64,000 bases of DNA from Chrysomallon squamiferum. Taxonomy: Eukaryota; Animalia; Mollusca. Each line of letters begins with the position of its first letter. The stretch's first letter is position 1. Positions 12,217-25,619 of this stretch are shown one piece after another. The position numbers and the translations under genes are program-made. The notes under the pieces were generated by a model. That model was not told the origin of the DNA and did no database searches. It saw nothing but the letters and a program-made list of their open reading frames with translations. The stretch spans positions 7,626,001 to 7,690,000 of the forward strand of contig CM022666.1 in NCBI GenBank assembly GCA_012295275.1. The letters run 5' to 3'.

Positions 12217-13291
12217 TTATTATTATTATTATTATTATTATAGTTATTATAGTTATTGTTGTTATTTCTGTGCATTACAAATAATGGAGTATTTACTATG
12301 TAGCAAAATGAAAACACAGTCCCGTTCATTAATCTTTAATTCAAGAAAACGTTAAATATATACAGAAGAATTCAATAACGTTTGAAAACGTAACAGTTAT
12401 ATAAAACTTTCTAATAGAAACTTAATGATACATACAATGCGACTACACGTTGACACAAACAATAACACAAAACAGTTTACATGGTAAAACTTGCGTTTTC
12501 AAACAACGTCAAACGAAACATTGGTATCCAAATGGAAAACAGATTGTTTCAGATCAACTGATTTTGAGTAACTGACGTGAAGACCTTTGTTTTGCTCTTC
12601 AATTTCCGTCAGCTGTTTAATAAACACTAAATAAAATGTTTCATGAAATAAATATGACATTAACTACAAACGTTTGGTTTTGTTTGCAAAAATGAATGGT
12701 CTTGTTCACAAACAAATAACCAATTTATGTATCTCTGTTACAATTATGTACGGAAATTATTTCACCGATAACTGTTTAAATTCTGGGTTCACACTGAAAT
12801 TTATAATGATTGTGAACACAGAAACCGTGCAATATCCCGTTCCAGCCAAGGCCCCGTAATCGCGTTATCAAGAACCGCGATTTGTACTTTCTAGTCTATA
12901 CTTTGTTGCACGTAAAAAATTCCATTAAGAATGTGTTGAGTGTTATGTAAATGAATATAATGTTTCTTCCATTATTTGTTGTACGTGATGTAACAAGAAC
13001 ATTGTTTTTCCTATAACTGTGTTAGACGTAAAATGAAACTGAAAATCTTGCTGGAAGATACATAACAATAAAACTGCAGACATTTAAAATGGAAAAAAAA
13101 ATAAAAATGAAGCATTAAAACAAAACGAAATATACATTTTGAATATGTAATAATAATAATAATAATTGTGTTTGTGTGTGTGTGAGAGAGATCATGTGGA
13201 TAGTTACTCCTTTGAATGTAACGTAACTTTTAACATTCGATAATAATAAATAACTGAAATATGACTTATTTCATTAAGTAATTTGTAAAGA

Positions 13292-13343
<52 letters not shown>

Positions 13344-13662
13344 TAACAACAGCAATGAAATGTTCATCTTTTAACACTGGAGACGAAATTATTCTATCAA
13401 TACTCGCTTAATATGTAACACGAAATTTGATTGGTTCTTAATTTGGGGAAGCCATACCTGACAATTTGAACAAGCGTAATGTTCTGCATAATTATTATAT
13501 CATCGTAATAGTATCGTTCTTAACAACACGTAAATTTGAAATGAAAATTATACACAAAGTTTTATGATTTGTCTCAAATAAAATGAATGATGAAGAGTAA
13601 CAATAAACATTTTAAAAGTTATTTCTTAAACATATGCAAAATCGCACGGTGACGTGAACTAA

Positions 13663-13693
<31 letters not shown>

Positions 13694-14482
13694 AGCACGA
13701 ATGAATGAAAGAAATGAATAAGAACAAGTGATTAACAATTTGTCAAAGAAATCAGAAATAAATGTTCGTATATTATTTACACACATAAATAAAAAGTTAA
13801 ATAAGAAAATATAGTGGTGGGCTGTATTGAGTTCAATTAGCTACAAAGACTAAGTATCAGCTATCTGCAAATATGAATAAAATATAAAAATATTATTAAT
13901 GACAACAGGAAAAGAGAAGAAATAAAATAAGAAAATTCACAAAAGCGGCAAACAACTTGTTTAAAGATTATGAAATAGTGTTATTGATTTCACTCGACCT
14001 TCAAAGAAAAAATGTTTACGTCGAGTGTTCGAAGAAGTAAAAAAATGTAAAATATTTTAAAACTAAATTTACCTATTATAATTATGATAAAGGTATTTTT
14101 AAAAGGTTCTGGGTTTTAAAGAAATTTAAAATTCAAACGAATTTTGGTGGGTGAGTACGTTCGATAAATTTTAAAATTGTTTTTGTCTTGAAATTTAAAA
14201 ATAATTAATTGATTTCAAAATGAATCTAATATCCCTGAACCAAGCTAATAAAAAAAATATTATAAAACTTCAAAGAAAAGACTAAAGCTAAATTTTAATT
14301 AAAAAAAATCTTCTACTGCCATGATAGAAGTACTTTTAATTTCAAATTTGGCTACTGAGTAAAAGTAAATTTTAAAAAGAGATTGAAGACTAAAGAACAG
14401 TATTTACAAAATCTCACTGGTATTAGTTTCTGTACAACAAGTTACAGTTTAAATCTAATATCAATAGTTTGATTCTCTAAAA

Positions 14483-14569
<87 letters not shown>

Positions 14570-14579
14570 AAATAATGGA

Positions 14580-14585
14580 TTTATT
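14580..14585 (-). terminator. Candidate poly(A) signal of the EYS-like gene
   Basis: AATAAA on the minus strand about 110 nt past the stop; the AT-rich context makes this weak. Confidence 0.3.
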
Positions 14586-14669
14586 TTTTTCTTTAAATTC
14601 AAGTTTCTTGAATCTTTTGTTTTAGTTGCGGTTGCAGAAGACTAAAATATAAACTGCAGCTCGTAAGTG

Positions 14670-14683
14670 GCTCCACCTAGCGG
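14670..14683 (-). promoter_or_regulatory. CTCF-like motif CCGCTAGGTGGAGC
   Basis: Close match to the CTCF core consensus, immediately after the stop codon of the EYS-like gene. Confidence 0.45.
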
Positions 14684-14692
14684 ATGATCATT

Positions 14693-14843
14693 TCATATTT
14701 TCTGTGGTTTCAGTGACTGCTGATGAAGAGGGGAGTTCAACTGATTTGAATCGTAACTAAGACTTGTTGCTTCCCAAATAGCATCTATGGACAGTCGTGG
14801 GCACGTGACACTGCTCACATTCCTGGTATTCTCTAATGATTCG
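14693..14843 (-). CDS. EYS-like gene exon 11 (cytoplasmic tail, ends ..PLHQQSLKPQKI*)
   Basis: TTTTCAG acceptor in phase 2, then 49 open codons and TGA at 14695-14693. The total CDS is 1689 nt, giving 562 aa. Confidence 0.78.
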
Positions 14844-14848
14844 CTGAA

Positions 14849-14908
<60 letters not shown>

Positions 14909-15038
14909 TGTCCCTGATTATCTACCCAAAGGTTCCTTTTATCTCGACTTCTTAGCGATATCATTGTTAATGACGTTATTATTACGTCACAATATTTTCT
15001 TAATGACGTCATATTTGATTTTTATTATTATTATTATG

Positions 15039-15071
<33 letters not shown>

Positions 15072-15253
15072 TTCTTATGTTCAGTATTTGAATATCTATT
15101 ATTGTTTTCTTCTTCTTTTTATAATGTTTTGTTTATTTATTTATTTATTTGTAAATAACATCACGATAGTTACCTAACCAAAACGTCATAATACTTCGTA
15201 AATGACGTCATAATATATATATATTTTTTCTAAAATGACGTCTCAATACTCAC

Positions 15254-15458
15254 TCATTTTGTCTCTTGTACTTCATTCTCTTGAAACTGAATCTCTTGTA
15301 AGTCTCGTGCATCCTGCAGTAGCAGCTCGCCAGAACGAGGATCACTATCAAAATGGCGCCCGAAAGTGTACCTCCCACGATGTACAGATTGCGCACGTGG
15401 TATTGTTGCTGCGCGATCGTTTCCGGTTTGCCTTCCAGAAACGGCGCAAACATGTCCA
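15254..15458 (-). CDS. EYS-like gene exon 10 (juxtamembrane, TM helix, basic stop-transfer region)
   Basis: LYIVGGTLSGAILIVILVLASCYC followed by RMHETYKRFSFKRMKYKR; CAG acceptor and GTGAGT donor; phase 1 to 2. Confidence 0.9.
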
Positions 15459-15609
15459 CTGAAGATATAGAATGATAATAATAATAATAATAATAATAAT
15501 AATTTTTTTACAGTGAATAATAGATCTGATACGCTGTTGTTCTCGTTTTCTCCTCTTTTTTGTTTATTTATAATCGAGGCGTTGTTATAATCCTTCTGTC
15601 TGATTATAC

Positions 15610-15652
<43 letters not shown>

Positions 15653-15723
15653 ATCTATCTATCTATCTATCCATGCTGTAGATTCATAAATTTAGCTCCT
15701 GTCTGTCCATTTGTGCTACTTAC

Positions 15724-15858
15724 ATGTGTACTGGCACTGGGGACCAGCATGCATCTCGCGACACAGACACTGGTAGCCATTGATAAGATCCCGACAGGTG
15801 GCGCCGTTAAAACACGGTTTAGACTGGCATTCGTTGATGTTGATTTCGCAGTGACTTC
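15724..15858 (-). CDS. EYS-like gene exon 9 (calcium-binding-type EGF7)
   Basis: [45 protein letters not shown]; phase 1 to 1. Confidence 0.94.
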
Positions 15859-16202
15859 CTACACAAAAACAAGAGAACCGCAGCTGAAATGTTTGTGACT
15901 GTCCAAACACATGTAAATAAACACATTTTAATGTCTACTTTGGAGTTGCGAAACAAACCTATACAATTTATTTTCTATACTTCAAACCCATGCACCATTA
16001 TAATCGTTAATAAAAGTCCATAACAAGGAAATAATAGATATCATGAAATTTCACGGACATAGCCATATTTTCGTTATATATTATTACAGCCGTAACGTTA
16101 TGACATACGCACGTTACGAATGGCCCCAGATATGTTTATTATTGGCGTGCTTTTTCGAAAAACTGTGTCTGTATTTATTATTTTAAAATCTACCAGACTT
16201 AC

Positions 16203-16296
16203 CCATGAAACCAGGTTTACACTGACATAGGTACGTCTGTCCGCTGTCCTTACATGAACTGCCGTTGAAACAGGGGTTAGGCTGACACAAATTAAT
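16203..16296 (-). CDS. EYS-like gene exon 8 (EGF6)
   Basis: INLCQPNPCFNGSSCKDSGQTYLCQCKPGFM; polypyrimidine-TAG acceptor and GTAAGT donor; phase 0 to 1. Confidence 0.93.
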
Positions 16297-16533
16297 CTAA
16301 AAAAAAGAAAAAAAAGAAGAAGAAGAAAAGATTTCACAGGTTATATATTGTAGCGTGTACATGAAGTTTTTAATGTCTGTATGTGTACAGGGAGTGTGCC
16401 AGCTTGTATTTGATTATTTTTTTCTCTCGATTCTATCTATCTGTGTATCTATTTATCTATTTAATTAGATATCTCTATCCATCTCTATTTATTTATCTTT
16501 CTATCTATCTCTGTATATCTATTTATTTAGCTA

Positions 16534-16612
<79 letters not shown>

Positions 16613-16758
16613 ATCTGCCTACCTATATATATATATATATATGTCTGTCTGTCTGTCTAACTCTTATTCTATCTAATCTGTTTATCAAATGTTCATTCTT
16701 TTTGACGTCTCTTTCTTTTGTTCAGAAAAAGTGACAGAGCATTATAATATTATAATAC

Positions 16759-16901
16759 CTTCTGTGAGCAGTTCAAACCCTGGAATCCGATCGGACAATG
16801 GCATTCGTACTTGTCCCTCTTGTCAATACAGACGCCGCCATTGGTGCATGGGTTTGACTGACATTCGTTGTATTCCATTTCACAGTTCTCACCGTAATAC
16901 C
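16759..16901 (-). CDS. EYS-like gene exon 7 (EGF5)
   Basis: GYYGENCEMEYNECQSNPCTNGGVCIDKRDKYECHCPIGFQGLNCSQK; phase 1 to 0. Confidence 0.93.
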
Positions 16902-17789
16902 CTAAACAGATCAACAGATGAACGACCATCTTAGAATAGTTCGACTACCACTGTTATTATCTTTACTTTGATATTAATATTTACTGTTATAATTATCAGC
17001 AATTATATATTAAAGATGCTGGTATTGTGTTAATGAAGGCAATATGTAAAAAGAAAAATCAGAAGTTGCTCATTCATAGGAATGTCATTGATTAACAGTC
17101 AGCAACACGTCTTATATTCATTTCGGCAGATTGGAATTATGTATGACAGCTGTTAATTAAATTGTCTTGGAGCATTTTTTTCGAAGGGGAAAAAGCTTAA
17201 CAAGAAGACGAAGCGGGTATTATGGAGTTTATGGAAATAGTAGTTTTGGTTGTCGAAGTTACTGGCTACTAAAATTTTCATATCATAAACTCATGAAGCT
17301 TTTTAAAAATTATAAAACAGACATTCATTAACAGGTATAAGTTTTATAATCACCAAAGAGATGCAGACATATCCCAAAAACGGCTTAACCTAAAAGAAAC
17401 TGGTTTAGGGGGTCACTCTGACTATTCTCATCAATTTCTGACAAAATCTTGCATATATTCAAAATGGCTGCCAGTAGCCGTCCGGGGACGATTATGTCCT
17501 AAACGGCCCACCGTAAGCCCTGTAAATGTATTATCAGTAGGTGGGACAACGATGCAAAAAAACGAAAACATTCCTTAAGAATTTTGGTGTGATATCACAG
17601 ACACGAGACATGAGGTAACGGACCCAAATTCATAATATTTCGTAAAAAAATTCTGGATTATTGATAATTCTAATGGACTAATCATAATGCATTATTTATT
17701 ACATCACTTTTATTTATTTATTTATTTATTTTTTATTTTATTTTTTATTTTATTTTATTTTATTTTATTTTATTTTATTTTATTTTATT

Positions 17790-17820
<31 letters not shown>

Positions 17821-17937
17821 TATTTATTTATTTATTTTATTTTATTTCGTTTTATTTATTTATTATCGTCATCATCATCATCATAATTATCAATATAGAT
17901 ATTTTACAGCAACAACAAGATGACGTCACTGTCGTAC

Positions 17938-18168
17938 CTGGCACACAAAAACACTTGTATGAATTGACGTCATCCACACACATGCCGCTGTTCTTGCACG
18001 GCGTCGACGCACACTCGTTGATGTTCACCTCGCAGTGCGACCCCGTGAACCCCGGCAAGCAGTCACAGGCGAAGTGGTCGTGGTCGCCACGACAGGTGGC
18101 GTTGTTCACACAGGGAGATAACTCGCACAAGTCTTCTACTCTTTCTTCGCATCGCTCTCCTTTGTAAC
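17938..18168 (-). CDS. EYS-like gene exon 6 (EGF3 and calcium-binding-type EGF4)
   Basis: LCELSPCVNNATCRGD..CDCLPGFTGSHCEVNINECASTPCKNSGMCVDDVNSYKCFC; phase 1 to 1. Confidence 0.95.
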
Positions 18169-18343
18169 CTAGAAAATATACATAAAAATCAATTTAAAAT
18201 ATCATACTGTCTGTCTCATTTTTTTTCTCATTTATTCGTCAGTAAAAATACATAGAAAACAGAAACATACACAAAAAAAGAGACATGATTCATCGTTTAT
18301 TGGTATATCCATTTTATTTACTTAAAGGAAACTCAGGTCTTAC

Positions 18344-18491
18344 CTAATCTACATTTGCAGATAAACTTGTTATCGCCTTCGTTTTTATGTTCGCAGATGC
18401 CGCCATTGTAACATGGATTACTCATACAAGCATCTTGTGATTCACAGTAATCTCCCTTGAACTGACCGCAGCACGAACAAGTGTAATGTAG
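18344..18491 (-). CDS. EYS-like gene exon 5 (end of EGF1, EGF2)
   Basis: LHYTCSCCGQFKGDYCESQDACMSNPCYNGGIC..FICKCRL; phase 0 to 1. Confidence 0.92.
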
Positions 18492-18616
18492 CTGAAAGAA
18501 AATAGTTCCAGTCATTTAAGAAAAATAACAAACAAAAAAACAAATAGTATGCACCGTAATCAAACGATTCCTATTCTATAAATGCTAGTTTCATTTATTT
18601 ACTAATTCTGTCTTAC

Positions 18617-18753
18617 CTCCCCTTTCTTGCTGACGCAGTTTCCTCTTCCGGAGCACGTGACGCCGTCATCCTTCTTGCACTTGTTTGTTTTTACAGTTAC
18701 GTTTAGCCGTAAACCAAATGTGCATCGAATAAGAGGTTTATTTTCAAGATCAA
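18617..18753 (-). CDS. EYS-like gene exon 4 (VDLENKPLIRCTFGLRLNVTVKTNKCKKDDGVTCSGRGNCVSKKGE)
   Basis: CxxGLRLNVTVK motif followed by the start of EGF1; phase 1 to 0. Confidence 0.9.
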
Positions 18754-18848
18754 CTGAAACAAGATTTTATCAGTTTATTATTTTATTACCAGTGTAACAT
18801 TTTTATAATTAAAACAACAATGCCGATGATATTCATAACGTTAATAAT

Positions 18849-19549
18849 AGGGCTGGTTCTATAATTCTTGGTGCCTCTGGCTCACTAACATCGGCATCCA
18901 GGATCACTAACATCGGCACCCGGGCTCACTAACATCGGCACCCGGGCTCACTAACATCGGCACCCGGGTTCACTAACATCGGCATCCAGGCTCACTAACA
19001 TCGGCACCCAGGCTCACTAACATCGGCACCCAGGTTCACTAACATCGGCACTTGGGTTCACTAACATCGGCAGCCAGGTTCACTAACATCGGCACTTGGG
19101 TTCACTAACATCGGCAGCCAGGTTCACTAACATCGGCACTTGGGTTCACTAACATCGGCAGCCAGGTTCACTAACATCGGCACTCAGACTCACTAACATC
19201 GGCACTTGGGCTCACTAACATCGGCAGCCAAGCTCACTAACATCGGCACCCGGGCTCACTAACATCGGCGTCCAGAATTCATTAATATCAGTGTCCCAAG
19301 TAACAAAGGCGCTCTCGCTGACTTACGTGCAAATATCCTTCGTCTTTTTTTTTTTTTTTTAGAACGATTTGATAATCAGATTCTCGAGCTGTCACATTTT
19401 GTCTTTTTTAACATAACTCTATTTATAAGTTGCACATTTTCCACATTTGTGTTTGGAAGATCTCAAACACATGGTACCTTCTAAAATGTGATGCCCTGGG
19501 CCATTATTGATTCATTAACCCGAGTTGCCCGTATTATGAACCGGCCGTG
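18849..19549. mobile_element. Degenerate hAT-type MITE containing a minisatellite
   Basis: Imperfect inverted ends AGGGCTGGTTC and GAACCGGCCGTG; 8-bp flanks TTAATAAT (18841-18848) and TTAACAAT (19550-19557) fit an 8-bp TSD with one mismatch. Confidence 0.55.
18879..19275. repeat. 22-bp minisatellite, about 18 copies, consensus GG(C/T)TCACTAACATCGGCACCC(A/G)
   Basis: Directly visible head-to-tail array with a constant TCACTAACATCGGC core. Confidence 0.95.
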
Positions 19550-19888
19550 TTAACAATGGTCATAGCAATAACGCTGATAACAGCGATAACAGCTTGAAGT
19601 ACGATAATGATATTTAGATAACTTATACATAAAACAAAACTGATTAACTGTCTACGTACCTTTGGCGTCAAGTAAACACTACTTGTTTTTGAATTATTAC
19701 AAATTACCTTTAAGGATTGATAAAACTTTATAACGTTAACATTGATAATGACGATAATAATGTGAACGATGATTATAACTTATGGATAACTTGTGCATAT
19801 ACATCTAAATTAATTTACTTTTTATCACCAAATAACCGCTGCTTATCTTCGAAATAGTAAAGCCGTTACTTATGATGTGGTTACTCTG

Positions 19889-20065
19889 TACTTATGAAGT
19901 AGTTGCTAAGTACTTGTGAAGTAGCCGATGAGGACTAAATAATTGTGAAGTAGTTACTAAATATTTATGAAGTAGTTACTAAATAACTGTGAAGTAGTTA
20001 CTAAATACTTATGAAGTAGTTATTAAATACTTATGAAGTAATTACTAAGTACTTACTAAATACTT
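19889..20065. repeat. 22-bp degenerate minisatellite TACTTATGAAGTAGTTACTAAA, about 7-8 copies
   Basis: Repeated TGAAGTAGTTACTAAATA units in intron 3 of the EYS-like gene. Confidence 0.85.
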
Positions 20066-20133
20066 TCTAATAAAACAGATTCTGTCTACCACCCTAAGCA
20101 CGTGATACCTATTCCCGATCAAGTAGTACTTAC

Positions 20134-20309
20134 CTATGAAGTAGTTGACTCCTGGTTTCAGAAACTCCTCGGAAACAAGGAATGTTTCGTTTTCTTCTCG
20201 GTCAATGACGGGTCGACCTTGACTTTTATTACAAGTCTCGAATCCCTCGCGGTCCACCCAGAACGGCTGGATAGGGAAATCAACCTTTGGAATGCGGCCC
20301 GGAATAAAT
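20134..20309 (-). CDS. EYS-like gene exon 3 (FIPGRIPKVDFPIQPFWVDREGFETC..FLKPGVNYFI)
   Basis: CAG acceptor and GTAAGT donor, phase 2 to 1; lies inside track ORF 20045-20401. Confidence 0.88.
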
Positions 20310-21183
20310 CTGAAGTGACATTGCATACGGTTACTAAGATTTATCTTTAAATTAATTATCAAATGAAAGAAATTTAGAAACGAGATAGAGTCCTTTAACA
20401 TTATTTGTTTTATGTCTCTTTCCTTCCTCTCTTTCTCTGTCTGTCTGTCTGTCAGTCCATTTAGTAGTTATCTATCTATCAGTTAATAATTTTCAACGGA
20501 TTGTTAATGAGTACATATATATATAAAATAAAAATCTTATTTAAAAAATCTTACAAATTAAATAGGAAAAAAAGAAAGTTAAAAAAGACAAAGAAACTGA
20601 TAAATTCCCATTTTCCTTCAACACTTAACTAATTATTGCTCTCAGTTTTTCTTTTAATTTCCTTTCTTTCAATTACGCATGCATTTTTCATAGATTGTTT
20701 TGCTTCGATCTTTTACTTTCAAGGGAAAAATAAACGGGAATGGGAGAAAACCAATCATAAAAAAAACTGTAGAAAAAAAAAAAATTCAGTTGTAGAATCC
20801 AACCATGTGATAATTAAACCGGACGGCCCCGGGGCCAGAATTCTTCATCATTCTCCAAGAACAAATTTTCTCCGCTTTTTTTCATTCACATTAATGACAA
20901 AATTATTTTCCCTATTCGCCAACTGTAGTGGAAAATTGTACACACACGCCACGGAGCCACAACAAACCAAATTACGCAACGGTATTGATTCGACTTCACA
21001 GTTATCGAATTCGACGGGATAAAAGCGGGGCTAAAGCAAATTTCTTTTTTTTTCAAGTATCATTTTCTTAAATAAATTCGTTGAGGGGAAAAAAAAGATT
21101 CAAAATTTCATTTAATTTCTTTTAGTATTTTTTCCTCTTCTTCTTCTTTTTAATTTATCCATGGGTTTGGTATCCGCGTTTCG

Positions 21184-21262
<79 letters not shown>

Positions 21263-21401
21263 ACACACACGCATACACACACATGCACACGCACACACAC
21301 ACAGGCACACACACACACACGCATGCACACACACACATGCACACGCACAAACACACACGCACACACACACGCACGCATGCACATAGATATGTGTCTATAT
21401 A

Positions 21402-21463
<62 letters not shown>

Positions 21464-21471
21464 TAATATAA

Positions 21472-21502
<31 letters not shown>

Positions 21503-21688
21503 ACAATAAAAATACAAATACTTTTGGTGTATTTAAAAGTTTAAAATTACGAATGCACATGCGTAATTTAAATAAGCGTCCTAAACAAATCTGTTGCGGG
21601 TCCTGGAACCATAATTATACTCGAAGAGGAGCTGATTGTAAATAAAATAAAATAAATAATAATAAAAATAATAATTTAAAAGTCTGAC

Positions 21689-21795
21689 CTGAGTGACGTC
21701 CCTTGCTGTATTTCGACTGGTAACAGTTGCGGATCAATGTTAACATCAGATACGTGAGCGTAGCCGAAACACAAGGACACGGTGTGGCAAGTTAA
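21689..21795 (-). CDS. EYS-like gene exon 2 (LTCHTVSLCFGYAHVSDVNIDPQLLPVEIQQGTSLR)
   Basis: TTTTTAG acceptor, GTCAGA donor, phase 0 to 2; PQLLPVEIQQG resembles recalled EYS PQICPLQIQLG. Confidence 0.82.
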
Positions 21796-22389
21796 CTAAA
21801 AATAGAAAATGAATTATTTAACTAATATTTTTAAAACAGACAAATAAAGTAAATAATGTTTGGTGAAAAGTTTTTGTTTTTATTTTTATTTTTTTTTATT
21901 TTTTCCTGCTTATCTTGTTTGTTTGTTTATTTGTTTTTTTATTTTTTGTGTGTTTTGTGTGTTTTTATTTTTTTTATTTTTTATTTTTTTTGTTCATTTA
22001 AGCTGCAATTTCCAAGATAAAAAAGGCATATAAATTAGAATAGAGTATTTTTAATTTTCAAAATGTTACCCTTGTTTCTATTTGTTTCTTCTTCTGTTTT
22101 TATTTTTATTTTTATTATTATTTTTTTTTTCCCACCAAAGAATGGCAAGTTCAAAGGTTGGTACATCTGAAAATATACCACATATAATCCCTTTTGATCT
22201 AGCACACAAACACACGTACGCACGCACAAACGTAGGCACACATTAACACAAATGTTTTCCACAAATGATTTCTCTATGAAGAAATTTTAAACATTTTAAA
22301 CGTATGTAATCTGTAAAGTAAGATTCTTGTTTTTGGTGTTGATAGTCAAAAGAATAAAATTAGGTAAACAAATATTGTCTACTGACTGC

Positions 22390-22463
<74 letters not shown>

Positions 22464-24222
22464 CATGCATACATATATACATATGTAGGTACGTTCACAT
22501 TCACACATATATGCATATAAACAACGGTTATTAATATCAGGTTTTTACCATCGGTCATTTAAAGACAAAATTTAAAATACGTTATAGCCACTGGACAAAA
22601 AGCGCTGCATCGATCCTAGAATCTCCGATTCATTGCATTATCGTTCTTTAAACCACTGTCCTATCGTTTACGAAACCCGTAACGCAGCCAGACTCTCGAA
22701 GAAGCGGTTATAATCTTATTTACAAAAGTAGATTGCTACTGTTACTATGATTAATATGGTCCGAAGCTTCTACTACACGCATGACACCGACTTCACCCTG
22801 CCGACGTTAGCCGAGTCGACTGCAAGCGGTTTTGATTATATCGCCAATCTTCGGCAGACACCGCGTCGCGCGATGCTCACGGAAGTCGGAAGTAATTCGC
22901 AGCGTAAATTTGTCCTTCTTTTAACGAGGTCCGCATCACATAAGTGGCATATAAATGTCTCATTAATCGCGAATATCCCATTACAAAGCAAACAGACTGG
23001 GCGAGATAAAGAGCTAAGCGCATTGAGGAGAATCGAATAAGTCCTGCGCTGATTTAACGGCTTCATTAGCAGCAGATCAGCGGAAGTAAGCACTGCGCAA
23101 ACTCATGAATTGAGTAACAAAAAAAAAAAAAAAATTTGATTTCTCTGACGCGTATTTGCATTAGTACGATATCTCGTTTTAAGAAAAATTTTAATGAAAA
23201 ATAAAAAGTAATAAAATGTGATATGAAAATCAAAATCAATAACATTTCGAAGTTTTATGTTACATTATACGTTTTGAAGGTTCATAAGTTCGACTTAAAT
23301 ACGCATGGCATTTCAGTTATCAGTCCTTTGGGAAATCTGTACAGTGAAATGAATTTTGAAAATTTTTAGTTTTGGTTTTAGACAGTAAATAAATTCATAA
23401 AGAAAAGTGAGGTGGAAAAAAATAATAAAGAACAATCAAACGAGCAAAGGAAAAACATAAAAGGAAGAAATAACGAAAGAAAAAGTGCAAACACCAAAAA
23501 TATCAACAAAAAACCCCAAACAAACAATAAAAGATAAAACAACCCGAAACCTATCATATGCAAAAATACAAAACAGACAAAACCAAAGAACATTTAAAAG
23601 TACTGACACACACACACACGCACACACAAATACACACACTCATACACACACTCATACATACATACACACACACACACACATGCACATACATACATACATA
23701 CATACACATACACATGCACACACATACACACACTCAAACATACATACATACATACACACACACACGCTTTGAGATAAACACCGTGTAATAATGCATTATA
23801 ATAATCGATTATGAAATATATTTAATATGTTGCTCAGAGTTTATCAAGGTACAGTTTCTATTGTTTGGTGGATTAATAACTAACTTGAACAGCTGTGACG
23901 TGTGACTCATTCGCACGTCCATAATTTTAACGACTACCTTTTCAGCGGAGACAACACTGCCAGTTTCCTACTTGACGGTTTTCATATAGAGATATCTTAT
24001 CCGAGTTTATGAAAGAGTTCGATTCCTGACTGAAAATAACCTTTGTTTTCAGAACCGAGCCTGTGGAACGGGCCGAAAGAAAACTGAAAATAAAAATCAT
24101 TATTTATTTCACAGATATGTAGATTTGCCTTATAAAAAGATTGCGGCATGTAACGTCATAAATGTAATCAAATTACAATAAAGACAGTCATGATTATGAT
24201 TACGATGATGATGATGATGATG

Positions 24223-24870
<648 letters not shown>

Positions 24871-25541
24871 TTTGGTCTTTATTTAAATTATATATATCGC
24901 TGTTATTGTTATTGTTATTATTATTATTGTTGTTGTTGTTGTTGTTGTTGTTGTTATAAAGTACTGATTCCCTTCATCGTTACTTCCTATATTATATCAA
25001 TTATTTTCGACTGGCATTTAGTGGCTCGTCTGTTAATCTCGAGACACATCGCTACACGAGAAAACGCACCAGTCTATCATAGACCATTACTGGGAAATCT
25101 TGTTTCACGGAAACCTCTCAGAAAAGCGTTGGGACGAAATCTTGCGCAAACATCAAGCAGACATTTCTATCACTAATGTAAACGCCATGCCAAGCAAGTT
25201 AATTTTCTGTCCTCAGACCGTTTTGGCTTCCCTCTATCTTCTTTGTCTCTGGAGACGCATAGATCAGACTTAAATTTGTCATGTAAGAGCAAACAGCTTA
25301 CGTACAAGTAACCGAGGTTTTGGATCAGGGAATACAGGGAATATAATATTTGTTAGGAAAAAAAAAAAAAAAATTCGTCTGACGAATTATTGGATCATAG
25401 TCTGAAATGTTATCTCCTTAAGCGCCCGATATTGCAAGTGTAGCCGTTTTGAGAGGTAAATGGAATTGGATTTGAAATTGTATTTCCAAAAACAAAACAA
25501 AACAGAAGAAAGAACAAACACACACACACATACACACATAC

Positions 25542-25619
<78 letters not shown>

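Noticed and set aside
18879-19275. Regular 22-bp repeats that might suggest a CRISPR array
   Set aside because: Units are head-to-tail with no unique spacers, there are no cas genes, and the context is a eukaryotic intron.
14693-21795. Calling the EGF gene Delta/Serrate, Notch or Crumbs
   Set aside because: No DSL domain, no LNR or ankyrin repeats, no LamG domains and no ERLI C-terminus.
22605-22668. Minus-strand A-box and B-box-like motifs as a tRNA gene
   Set aside because: No cloverleaf can be formed; at most a decayed SINE head.
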